A stretch of 64,000 bases of DNA from Octopus bimaculoides (lineage: Eukaryota): the NCBI RefSeq assembly GCF_001194135.2, contig NC_068992.1, forward strand, positions 55,103,121 to 55,167,120, read 5' to 3'. Positions within the stretch are counted from its first letter, which is position 1, and every line of letters starts with the position of its first letter. Shown here piece by piece: positions 51,949 through 64,000 of this stretch. The notes beneath the pieces are model-generated. The model saw only the letters and a program-made list of their open reading frames with translations. It had not been told where the DNA came from and did not search any database. The position numbers were made by a program, and so were the translations under genes.

Positions 51949-53031
51949 GTTGGTGTGGGAGTTAAGGAACGAGAGGGCCAAGAAATGTGAGAAAGAAAGG
52001 GGGAGCGAGGAAAAGAAAAGAGAAAGAAAGTATGAGATTGAGTAAAAGATAGAGTAAGAGTCGCACAAAATTTAGATACATACCTACTATAAGGTGAGCA
52101 CAAGTGTGTACGTACGCCGCTATATGTATATATAAATATAAAAAATGGAACAAAAACGCAATAGAGGACAATAGAACATTCGGACGGATAGATGATACAA
52201 AAGCAGACAGGCGAAACAACGATTAGAAAGACGGGTCTTTACTCCTCAGTGAAGTATACCAGAAGCCCTTACCGTTTCGGGCAGTCACACCTGAGACAGT
52301 TCAATCTGGTTTCCTCCCCAAAAGTCTTTTTTTGCCTGTCCTTCTAATTGTTGTTTATCCTGTCTATCTTTGTATCGACTATTTGTCCAACAGTTTTATT
52401 GTCCTCCAAGCTAAGCGCATTAGACTTTTTTGTAAGCTAGCTAGCTAATGTGTACGGCAACAAAGACAAAAAAAAATAGATAGATAGATAGATAGATAGA
52501 CAGACGTGGGGAAGGTGCACATGTTTGTTTGTATCTCTGTTTGTAAATAATTATGTGATATATGTGCGTAAAATTTGCAGGGTCAAAATACTACATCAGT
52601 GTTTGTATTTTTTTTTTAACCTTAGAGGTAAATATTTGATTAATTCGCTTCAATAACTTCACGCAGATCCTTCGCAGAGTATTAGCCGTTCTTCGGTGAA
52701 GTGGAAGGAGTGCTAGCAATAATATACTTAACGCTGATTCATATACTGAAGAATGTAGTATTCACTCTCATACCTCCGTGAAGCATGCGATGGATTTAAT
52801 TATATAACTCTTTCTACGTATACACGTAAAGACACTCATGCAGGCCAAACTATACAGGCATAATTACACATTTACACCAACGTACATGCATACACAAAAA
52901 GATGTATACGATATATATATATATATATATANNNNNNNNNNNNNNNNNNNNNNNNNNNNNNNNNNNNNNNNNNNNNNNNNNNNNNNNNNNNNNNNNNNNN
53001 NNNNNNNNNNNNNNNNNNNNNNNNNTATGTA

Positions 53032-53073
<42 letters not shown>

Positions 53074-53559
53074 TGTTTTACTGATTCCTAGCTTTTGACT
53101 AGTTATGCTAGAGAAAGGCCATCGAATGCTGCCAGGATCTTCGTTAATTTTTTTGTTTTTTCTCGAGACAACATTTGAATCAGATATCTTTCATTTTAAT
53201 AACTTGTTTGGTTGTAACTTCATTCTGTATGTTGTTACTCAAAAGGATTTCGAATGTTTAAGCATGTTAACATCTACTCCATGTAAATGTGGGTATTTTT
53301 TGTCGATAAATCGAACAAACTGGAGTGAACGATTAGATAAATTTTACAGAAGCTTCATATTTGTAAGTTAAAACGAAAATTCATAGATATATATAAGGAA
53401 ATCCATCACCTGGAAGTGGGAAACGATGGCCCATTCGATTGATCGAGTAATAACAAGCTGCGTTCGTTTGAAAAACATGTTCTTGTAGGATGCAGTCATA
53501 AGTCATTTTGTTCAATCTATGTCTTCTAAACTCAATAAAATGTACGTCTATATCTACTA

Positions 53560-54262
53560 TATGAAGCTGCTAAATTGCAGCATGATAAGAAGGGAGCTTC
53601 TCGCAGCCTCAAGAAGCTCCCTCGCTAGAAATTGCAGTCAAACCTCAATCAAAATCACATTTGTCGATTTTACAATGAGAAGGATACATTTGATAATGGA
53701 TAACAGTTGAAATGATATAGGCTATATGCCTACTAAGTCAGTGTTTACACGAAGTAAACGAAAAAGAACTGCTTGGCAATGAATCACTACAGCTGTATCA
53801 ATGGCAAAATACGACGCAAAATTCAACAACATATAAATAGTACAAGTTGGGGCACATTGGATAATGGTGTCGTAGATACATTATATACAGAACAAAAGAC
53901 AGGGGCTGGTCAGGTACATTGGAATGTTGTTGATCATAATTATATACTACAGAACAGAAAAGTCATCTCATATCGCTATTTCTTCGAAGAATTTCCGAAG
54001 ACGGGTCTTAACCTTGAAATATAGAAGAAGGTAGAGGTATAAACCACCGATTTGTATTATTCCTTATAACTTAGTTTTGATTTTTATAAGAAAAGTAAAA
54101 CGTTACAATATATCATATATCGTACATTGCTTCGTGCAAACTACTATACTACTCTACGAAAATTATATTTCAAACACCAAACAACATATTTTGCTATGTG
54201 ATTCATGCAAATCTCCCAGTGTTGGCAATGAGGGACAGTTAATCATTTTAAAATGCAAATAG
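53560..54262 (+). mobile_element. Possible highly decayed piggyBac-like transposase remnant
   Basis: Ordered fragments RFYNEKDT, ITV(D)EMI..YMPTK, NSTSWGTLD..YTEQKT..WNVVDHNYIL and a terminal CDSCK..CK resemble the piggyBac core and Cys-rich tail. Many indels. Confidence 0.35.
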
Positions 54263-57200
54263 TCCTTTTGGTGATGATTTGGACTGAAATAAATGCAGTG
54301 TTTTATAGGATCGCCAGCAGTTGTTGAATGGAGTGAGGAATATATAACGAAATCGGTGACGTGGCCCGAATATCTGCAAGGGAATAGACTTTTTAAACGC
54401 ATCAAAAGGGCCAGATTGTCGATGGTGTTAGAGAGGAAGGCAGATTTTGTACATCAACCAGGCAAACCGTAACCGGATTAAAGCTAAGAATATAATGAGC
54501 CGGAACAAATATCACAAGGTATCTGCTCCAGCGTTTCTACACTGGCAATCCACCGCCCTAAATGGGTACTTTACTCATCGATCCCGAAAAACTGAAAGGT
54601 TAAGTTGGTTTCTGCGTTATTTGAACCTAGAAGAATACAGAACATTTTATTCGATTCTCTAACCATACTACTAAATCTTTACTCTCACCAATACGGGATG
54701 GCCACACTTGGAACAACTTCTTTTATCGTATTATGGCTGATTTGGTTCTACACAACAATAACGGTAATAAAAAGATATATAATTACATTAGTGTCAAGGA
54801 AAACAATGACATTTGTCAATAGGTCATCAACCTTCAGAAAATCCTACACATTTTCATTTCAATGTAGTAACATATCTGTACAATGACTTCCTAGTTTTTT
54901 TTTTTATCTATATAAATGCTATTTGAATTCTCATTTGATGTTTTGGAATTATAAAACATGAATTTTATTTGTTATTTTCCATTGCAAAACTCTCTTATAT
55001 TAGAGAAAATCGATAGTGAGTAAAAGAAAACAATACAAAGGCAAGCGCATCTAATAAGCGCATCCAAATGAATAGGTAACTACTGTAATTCGATAAGGGA
55101 TGAATAGAGAGGTGTTCAATATGCAACTTAAACATTGTGGGCCGTTTTTCACGAAGTGCTTATTTCATTAGCGATACCAGATTTCGAAAAATAAGCTCAC
55201 CGACTTATTTGTTTGTTAGTTATGCAGTTGTTAGTTATGCAGTTGTGATTGTAGTTAATATACTACATACACTTTATTTACCGCACATAAATTGCCGAGT
55301 GTTTGCTTTCAGTGTGTACAAAATTGTAATTTTGAAATTACTTGAGTATTAGCAGAAAAATAAACTTGAAAAGAAGGATAAAAATTGAAGGTTTTTTTTC
55401 TGGTAAATTGTATATAAATCTGACAGTAACACTTTGGTGTTGCAGTGTCAAACAACTGTTATTGTATCAAAAACAGCACGTTCTTATTGATCCATGAAAA
55501 CATTAGACTTTATGCTAGATTTAAATACAATATCGGCGAACAAATAAAATATTCAGGCATCATATCAGATTGCAACACTTTCATTACGAACAAAATTCCC
55601 TCGCTATTTTTCTTTCTCTTCCCATCTCACTCTCTTTAAAAGCCTACAAATACACATTCGAATATATGATATCATTATTGAGTTAACAATGATTGAACAT
55701 TTATTATGGACTGGACACATGAAAGGATCCAGGGATCTCTGAAGTTTAAGAAACGTTGTCCATCTTGTTTATAGAATTCAGCAAACAAATTATTTGCGGA
55801 AGCTTAGTGATGTCTTCCAAGTCGATTATTAATTATTATTATCATGTGAAACAGTGAAAATCCATGATGTAGATATTCATTTTTAACACGTTCTGGAAGA
55901 TTCGGATGCGAAAATGTAAATTGATGTCTTTGGAGCACGAATAACACCCGATTTTATCTATTGTTTCGTCATGTTTGAACAAGCAGCCCAGTCATCAGTG
56001 ACCCTTATCATTCTATCCTGAGATCTATGTTCGGCCCCCTCGTAGCAACATGTCTACTTCGATCCCTCTCATCTAGAACTTCCAGTCATGCGCAATAACA
56101 ATAAACATCCTGCAGTGCACGCTTGCGCCCTTTTCTTTTAGTAAAAAAACTACATGTCATGGCATTTTTGTTATGAAAATAAAACTAAGTACCCTTAAAT
56201 TAATACTTGAAAACTGAAACAAAGTAGATGATATGTGCTGCAGCGGTCTTTATGTGCATGTTTACAGTGAACCGTTCAGAAAATCCTACACGAGATAAGG
56301 TCAAATAATTCTAGATACTTGTCTACAACCGACAGCGTTGTCTATCGACGTGAGGATTTGTGTTTAATCAAACATAAAATTTACAGATAATAAATCCGTT
56401 AAAATATTAACTTTTCATGCGTTAACCACTTTCCACTGTTTAAAAATTGAACGTATTCGATCAATGGACTTTATAGAAATATCAATGTCAAATGTCATTC
56501 AATTCATAATCTACTTACAGAAAGAGAAGATACATATCAAATAATATCGTTCTTGATATAGAAACATCAAATAAAAAAAAAATGGATGTATGACCAATCC
56601 CGTAATGTATCTGGTGATTCGATTGCATGATTAGAGCAAAGCTGAGATTAAACAAAAACAACCGCTTGAGTGTGTCTAAGTAGAGATAATCTCACGTTCC
56701 AAGTACACAATGACCTGAAACTCACATCATGTAATTATCAAAAAATCACGATGTAAAGAGTACGATATTTTTCCGAAAATTATTGTCTGATAAAACCATA
56801 TTTTACAGGAATTTGAAATATAATTTCTAATTACGTATGGAAGATGCTAATGAAAAAATATACTATTATAAACACTAGACAGGAACAGGCTACGTGATGA
56901 CCATACTGGATTTAATATACGTTTAAAGGCTTTAAAGAAACATACATTACCATCTATAGTAATTATACTAGTTAACATAATGATTGTAATAATTAATGAT
57001 ATTATTGCAAATAATATTAAAACAATTTTAGTAATAATCATAATATTATTATTATTTGCAGGTGTAAACCTAAACATAAGTGAATTACTTATGAATAAAT
57101 AATGAACTCCAAACAGTGAAATGTAAACAAAACTGCTGCAATTGATTGTAATATGAATGAACATTGTATAAATCAAGTAGAGGTGATTATGAGACCAGAA

Positions 57201-57481
57201 TTCAATTTGATTTAAAAAGTAACACTATAGCCTTTTACTGAATACCAAAGCCGGAAGCTTGTTTCAGTTAGTTCACTTTTAAAACGTCGTAAGTGATGGG
57301 CCCTTGGTGAAATTGCAGCGACTAGGATGCATAATTGTGTACGGAGCAATGTGTGGTTACTGCAACCGAAACACATGTTGGTCATTTTTATGAATGGTGT
57401 AGAAAACTTTTTTTAATAAAAAGTTTTGGATGTAAATAAATCTCCACTCCCGTCTTCATTTTCAGTTACACACGCACACAC

Positions 57482-57520
<39 letters not shown>

Positions 57521-58414
57521 ATTCATAGACGTGCATAAATACACATTTTCTCTCATATATAAGCATACACTCACACTCACACATAACTGTGCATAGATTT
57601 GAAAGGCTTGTTATAAACTATAAGCCATTCTCAAGAAAAGAACTAAAGATGTTAGACACCAAGAATAATATTGTGATTCAGATTAGTAGCCACATATTTC
57701 GCTTTATATTAGCATTTTCAAACAGATGAGTGTTTCGTTTAATCTACTGAATTTACAGACGAAAACGTGAAGCGTAGTAGGTACTCTTGTCTTTTTTTTT
57801 AAAGTATAATTGTAAAGACACAGCTTTTTATGTTAAACTGAACAGGAATACATACTGAATGAATTGGCGTTTGAAAGAGAAGGATGTGTGTCTGCAGAAG
57901 TTCATTGATGAATTAAATACCGAAAGTGACAAAACAAAGATTTATCATTAAATACCGAGGCTCAACAAAAATGTGTAGTCAACTAAATGACAAGCAAATC
58001 ACAAAGAAGTGAAACAGAACCAGTGCGTGTTTATTATTTTGCGTACCTCCCGAGATGCAGCCAAACTTAGTTTTTACGAAGTTATAGATAAAATAAAGAA
58101 AGCGATCTAAAGCAATAAGATAGTAGCAAACATTGAAACAACTTAGATATTCATGAGTATGAAAGGCCACAATAAAGGTTTGTATAAAGGATGTAGAAAG
58201 TGAAATATATGAAATCTAAATAGTAGATAGTGTAATTAAGTGAAACTTTGTGATAATCCAGGATTTAGATTTTAATTATAATAAGGGAACTCAACTTGAT
58301 TAATGCAGTTTTTGAGATAACATATATTATAATAGTTTCATTATACAATATGATAGCTTAGTATTGTAGGACAGAAAAGTGTTGCTCCATGTCATCTTTT
58401 TCTCTTTCTAGATA

Positions 58415-59410
58415 TACTTCTTCCTCCTCCTTCTTTCCCTACTCTTCTTCTTCTTTTTCTCCTCCTCCTCCTCCTCCTCCTTCTTCTTCTTTTTCTTCTT
58501 CTTCTCCTCCTCCTCCTCCTCCTTCTTCTTCTTCTTCTTCTTCTCCTCCTCCTCCTCCTTCTTCTTCTTCTTCTTCTTCTTCTTCTCCTCCTCCTCCTCC
58601 TCCTCCTTCTTCTTCTTCTTCTTCTNNNNNNNNNNNNNNNNNNNNNNNNNNNNNNNNNNNNNNNNNNNNNNNNNNNNNNNNNNNNNNNNNNNNNNNNNNN
58701 NNNNNNNNNNNNNNNNNNNNNNNNNNNNNNNNNNNNNNNNNNNNNNNNNNNNNNNNNNNNNNNNNNNNNNNNNNNNNNNNNNNNNNNNNNNNNNNNNNNN
58801 NNNNNNNNNNNNNNNNNNNNNNNNNNNNNNNNNNNNNNNNNNNNNNNNNNNNNNNNNNNNNNNNNNNNNNNNNNNNNNNNNNNNNNNNNNNNNNNNNNNN
58901 NNNNNNNNNNNNNNNNNNNNNNNNNNNNNNNNNNNNNNNNNNNNNNNNNNNNNNNNNNNNNNNNNNNNNNNNNNNNNNNNNNNNNNNNNNNNNNNNNNNN
59001 NNNNNNNNNNNNNNNNNNNNNNNNNNNNNNNNNNNNNNNNNNNNNNNNNNNNNNNNNNNNNNNNNNNNNNNNNNNNNNNNNNNNNNNNNNNNNNNNNNNN
59101 NNNNNNNNNNNNNNNNNNNNNNNNNNNNNNNNNNNNNNNNNNNNNNNNNNNNNNNNNNNNNNNNNNNNNNNNNNNNNNNNNNNNNNNNNNNNNNNNNNNN
59201 NNNNNNNNNNNNNNNNNNNNNNNNNNNNNNNNNNNNNNNNNNNNNNNNNNNNNNNNNNNNNNNNNNNNNNNNNNNNNNNNNNNNNNNNNNNNNNNNNNNN
59301 NNNNNNNNNNNNNNNNNNNNNNNNNNNNNNNNNNNNNNNNNNNNNNNNNNNNNNNNNNNNNNNNNNNNNNNNNNNNNNNNNNNNNNNNNNNNNNNNNNNN
59401 CTTCTTCTGC
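58415..59410. repeat. (CTT)n/(CCT)n microsatellite spanning a gap
   Basis: Seen directly on both sides of the N-run. Confidence 0.9.
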
Positions 59411-59609
59411 TTGTTAATCGTATAAAATTAACTAAGAATGCGCTATTGTTAAGTGCCACAGTGAACATAACAGTATATGAAGCTTCTCACAAAAGCAAAG
59501 AAGCTAGTTTGTGCACTTTGTGTATAAAAGCACATTTCCAAGAATTTTCAAATTATACTTGGCTGGTCATATTTCACCTGATAAAAGTGAGGATGACCAA
59601 GGAGGTGAA

Positions 59610-59661
<52 letters not shown>

Positions 59662-60332
59662 TTGCAACGTATCTAGATGCTACATTAACTATCCTTGGAA
59701 GTCATTAGTTTATGTTTCGTATAATTCTAAGTGATATTTTCAGTTGAAATAACATTCTCCCTTTTACACGACTGTCTTGAGCGGCACAATCCTCTCAACT
59801 CGCATGTGGTTTCCTTGCATAAGCCAATTATGTGCAAATGAATTAATCACTGTTGTAGTCATGTCAGTGAAACTGAGTAGAGAGAGATGTGCGGAAGCCT
59901 GTCAAAAGGATTGTAACTCTATTTTCAAAGGTTCAGATTTAGTACATTGTGCCACGCTGATTCTTACAAAACGTTTTCAACAAAGGTACACGACTCTATG
60001 GAATATTCAGCCACATGCACACGCTTTCATTGAATAGTTATCTTAGTAACTTGTAGGGACCGTATTTTGTTATGCAACCATAATATACCACAAAGTATAT
60101 TAAACGTTTTTATAGATCAATACTGTGTTCTACCGTGTTAGCAGTGCTATTAAATCACTTGTTAAGTTTATCCCTACTGATTTCCTATCGAAATTATATC
60201 TAAGTGCGCCTAATGTAAACAACAATGAGATCGAAGATCTTCGGTCTCATTATTGTTAACATTAAGCGCGCTCGGATAGAAAAAGTCGTAACAAATTAGT
60301 GCTGGCTATAATTTCTATAGCAAGTCTGTAGA

Positions 60333-60385
60333 GATAACATTAAGAAGTTGATAACATTAAGAAGTTGATAACATTAAGAAGTTGA
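60333..60385. repeat. 17-bp tandem repeat x3 (gataacattaagaagtt)
   Basis: Exact copies at 60333, 60350 and 60367. Confidence 0.95.
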
Positions 60386-61153
60386 ACAACTGAGGACTCA
60401 CAATTCAAAGAAGAGGAAATCTAGCTATTTATTTACGTAAATATATGCAAAGATAGTGAGAAAGAGAGATAGACAAACAGTGAGGAACAAGGAGTGAGAG
60501 AGGCAGTGGGTGAAAAAACGAGAATGAGAGAAAAACCGAGAGAGGAATCCAAACGCGTAACCAATATAAACGTCTTATAATTTTTCGAGTATTAAATTTC
60601 AAATCCTATTTCCACTCCATGTATCAATAAATATGGCGCGCCACTATTAGATTGACAATACTTTACGAGATACAAACTAATGTCGGCAAATGTATAATAA
60701 TGCTTTGCGCCACATGCAGATAGGTTTGAGCAGATATTTGTATGGTTTCAGCTGAGACCATAGTTTTGCTTCTGCACATGTGTAAAAATCGCATTTTTGT
60801 TGCTAAAGTTCATCATTAGTACTAAACGAATTTGTGTTTTGATACTTCTAAAAATTCTATCTCTAAGCATAATGGTAGATGGAAACGAACATCATTGTTC
60901 AAGAAGTTGTATGTATGTATTTCCTTAGATTCAAACACAGTTAATATAATGAGAATAGCTTTTAAAATGAAAAGTAATACTGAGTGCGTAGGTGTATTAT
61001 GTAAACTTCAACAGAACTATTTCATGGAATGATTTCTTTCTTTCCCATTAACAAAACTATTAGGGCAAAGTAAATGTGAATATACATACATAAATACACA
61101 CGCACGCATAATATTCACATACATACATACACACACACACACAAACACATATA

Positions 61154-61197
<44 letters not shown>

Positions 61198-61323
61198 CAT
61201 GCATACGCACAAAATATACATATAGATGTATTGGTGTACATACATACATATATACATGCATATACATATGTGTATATATATGCATAAGTTTCTATAATGT
61301 GTATTTGGATATGTTCATCTATA

Positions 61324-61392
<69 letters not shown>

Positions 61393-62804
61393 GTGTGCGT
61401 GTGTGTGTGTGTGTGTATCTATATTCATTCTGAGGTACTAATTTTATTGGTGACAAAGAAAATCGCAATTTCATAAAATAGCTTTGTCAAAGATAGGATT
61501 TTGTTTTTCTGTATGTATGTATACAGGCATATATACAGTTCTTGACCAAAATCTGAAAACGTCGATAAATTCCTCGATTTTCCTAAATATATTTGAAATA
61601 GAGATAAAAACCAATTATTTACAATAAATCTGCAACAATAAAGTTTTTAATGTATATTACGTATTGTGCTCTATGGAATACACGAATACATATTACCGTA
61701 TATCACATAGGATATATGAATCATTAAACATGATTTCGTAACTTCATCTTGTATTCGAAATCTATTTTTATTCCATGAACTTCAATATTTTATAAATTTG
61801 TGGACTTAAACTAAAAATTGATTTAAATTGTCGCGTTACGTGGCAATTGGATCTCGTTCATGAAAATATCAATTGAACTATGTCTCACTTTTGTCAGACA
61901 GGTGGCTACACATCATTTGTAAACCAGAGATCTCGCCATAACACATCAAATAGATTGGATGATTCATCGACGAAGAGCGGAAGAGCGAGACGCAACCGTC
62001 GGTAGACTAGACGTCGAGTCGGGTAGAGCCGAGTCGTCGGAAGTGAGAGTTGAGTAGAGGTCATCTGCACGAGCGATATAACATTAACCATCTTCGGATT
62101 GATAACGAAAGATGCTACGCGTTCAGAGAGTAGGAGATAAAACCAGATTAATGCTAAACGTTGGTCTAAAGCAAATCTGACGCATTACTGAAACAAACGA
62201 ACATCATATTGAATATTAAACACTGTAATATTGATATATGTGCTATTGTAAACTGATTTGACGGAATCTAAATATTTTGTAATAAATTACATACCACGTT
62301 TTCCCTCTACATGTTCCTCTACGAACCTACTTTTGTCAATGTCTTCGAATTTTTGACTCAGAGTGTATCGATATAATAAATATATATAACATGGTTGTCC
62401 GCTATAACATAAAATCAAAAGCCTTAATTAGAGTATAAAACTATATTTTGACAATGCACACTAACTTCTGAACAAGATTACATAGCTGTTTATTTCATGA
62501 TAAAACCCTATGGTTTCTTTTACATCATCAGTTATAATATAAAATCTTTATATAGTCAGCAGGACTTATGAACACACCCGGAGCAAGTCACAAAGAGATA
62601 TCTTCATAACGAATAAAATGAAAAATACAAAGCAAGTCAGATTGGCGAACAGGTTCATTATGACGCTGGAGCATGATGTTCTCATCACAGGCAATTCTTT
62701 ATCACTTGCAATAGATGATCGTTGCCAATGAGACACGATCAAAGCGCCGTCATGACTAATGATGATATACATACATTTACATATAAACACACTTCTGCAT
62801 TGTG

Positions 62805-63620
62805 TAGGCGTAGCAGTGTGGTTAAAAAGCTTGCTTCCCAACCATGTTGTCTTGGATTTAGTTCTACTGCGTGATACTTTAAACAAGTTGTTGTTGTTGG
62901 CACTCCATCGCTTACGACGTCGAGGGTTCCAGTTGATCCGATCATCGGAACAGCCTGCTCGTGAAATTAACGTGCAAGTGGCTGAGCACTCCACAGACAC
63001 GTGTACCCTTAACGTAGTTCTCGGGGATACTCAGCGTGACATAGTGTGACAAGGCTGACCCGTTGAATTACAGGCACAACAGAAACAGGAAGTAAGAGTG
63101 AGAGAAAGTTGTGGTGAAAGAGTACAGCAGGGTTCGCCACCATCCTCTGCCGGAGCCTCGTGGAGCTTTAGGTGTTTTCGCTCAATAAACACTCACAACG
63201 CCCGGTCTGGGAATCGAAACCGCGATCCTATGACCGCGTGTCCGCTGCCCTAACCACTGGACCATTGCGCCTTCATCTTAAACAAGTACCTTCTACTAAA
63301 ACTCCGGGCGGAGCAAAACATCCTCGGTGGATTCGCAAGACGTCGTTTATAAGTATGAATATAAGTAAATATCTATGTGCTTGTATGCATTTTACTTCAT
63401 ATAACGCTTGTGCCTTATCCCAACGTAACAACCGGTGTTAGTTTGTTTGCGGCGCTGTAACTTAGCGGTTCGGCAAAAGAGCCGACACTGTAAATACTCG
63501 TCCGTAGAAATAAGTCCTGTGGACGATTTCTTCGACTAAACCCTTCAAGGCTGCGCCCCAGCACGGCCACAGTCCAATGGTTGAAACAGTCCAGTTGAAA
63601 GGTAAAAGATAAACAATAAA
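62805..63620 (+). mobile_element. SINE family A interrupted by a SINE family D insertion
   Basis: The head taggcgtagcagtgtggttaaaaagcttgcttcccaacc resumes after 63278 (caagtaccttctact...) and ends ...gcacggccacagtccaatggttgaaacag. Confidence 0.85.
62889..63277 (-). mobile_element. tRNA-derived SINE family D with (CAA)n tail
   Basis: The minus head ggcgcaatggtccagtggttagggcagcgg...ggtttcgattcccagacc has A/B boxes and the element ends in a (caa)n tail. TSD ttaaacaagt at 62879-62888 and 63278-63287. Confidence 0.9.
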
Positions 63621-64000
63621 AGATATATTGTTTCATTCCTTTGACCATTTTTAGGGGATTTATGTTACACTGACCCATAATACCTTCAACAAGTGATATA
63701 TATTGTGCGACTAAATGGGTTAATGTCTTTTGTACAACAGTTGCTAAGAAGGTGAATAACCACCAAAATGTGTTTTTTTGTTTCCCGCGCGCGAATTTGT
63801 GCGAATTTTTGTTTTATTTACGGGGTATACTTGATTGCTGCCGCTTATGAAATTCATTTCAACAAAATTCATAACATCAATTACTAGCTGAGTCGTTTTT
63901 CATTCTCAGTAACTACGTAACGAAATTCGATTAGCTAAAGTTGTTAGCACTCTGTCTGTCTGTTTCTGTTTCTCTCTCTCACTCTCTCTCTCTCTCTCTC

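Noticed and set aside
53675-53695. GTATCCTTCT U12-type donor on the minus strand (and ATATCCTTTG at ~24430)
   Set aside because: The first lies in a probable transposon remnant and the second has no coding-like upstream exon. Both are likely chance matches.
55712-55762. ggaca...gaaacgttgtcc resembling a Penelope hammerhead end
   Set aside because: There is no intact CUGANGA adjoining stem I and no stem II closing at GAAA.
60333-60385. Short direct repeats as a CRISPR array (also 22772-22975)
   Set aside because: There are no unique spacers and the context is eukaryotic.
62490-62540. CTGATGA-tgtaaaa-GAAA-cc atag gg-TT on the minus strand
   Set aside because: Stem II would be 1 bp and stem I four A-U pairs, which is compatible with chance.
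390-63000. The majority of ORF-track entries (poly-X, YIYI, HTHT, CVCV, LSIY, poly-L/S/Y/R/P)
   Set aside because: They are products of N-runs and microsatellites that lack stop codons, not genes.

Overview
Eukaryotic, AT-rich, repeat-dominated window from a gapped short-read scaffold. About 20 N-runs occur, almost all flanked by (AT)n, (CA)n or (TATC)n microsatellites. The SINE families and extreme microsatellite density point to an octopus or other coleoid cephalopod genome; this is my inference from recalled repeat families, not a database hit. There is no intact protein-coding gene, and nearly all ORF-track entries are artefacts of N-runs or microsatellites. Recognisable content is decayed mobile DNA: four tRNA-headed SINE families (about 25 copies, some in head-to-tail arrays), a near full-length mariner, other Tc1/mariner fragments and MITEs, a DD37D/maT fragment, a Helitron Rep remnant, RTE and R4/Dong LINE reverse transcriptase fragments, probable Chapaev3 and piggyBac remnants, and Penelope-like terminal fragments. 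The most interesting signal is a complete type I hammerhead ribozyme fold inside a 332-nt tandem repeat (21480-22045), which resembles a non-LTR retrozyme. Other notable observations are a second minimal hammerhead in a Penelope-like fragment, several unexplained inverted repeats (perfect 58-bp and 76-bp arms, and a diverged pair of about 800 bp), and a few small candidate minus-strand exons of an unidentified host gene, one preceded by a U12-type branch site and possible AC acceptor.
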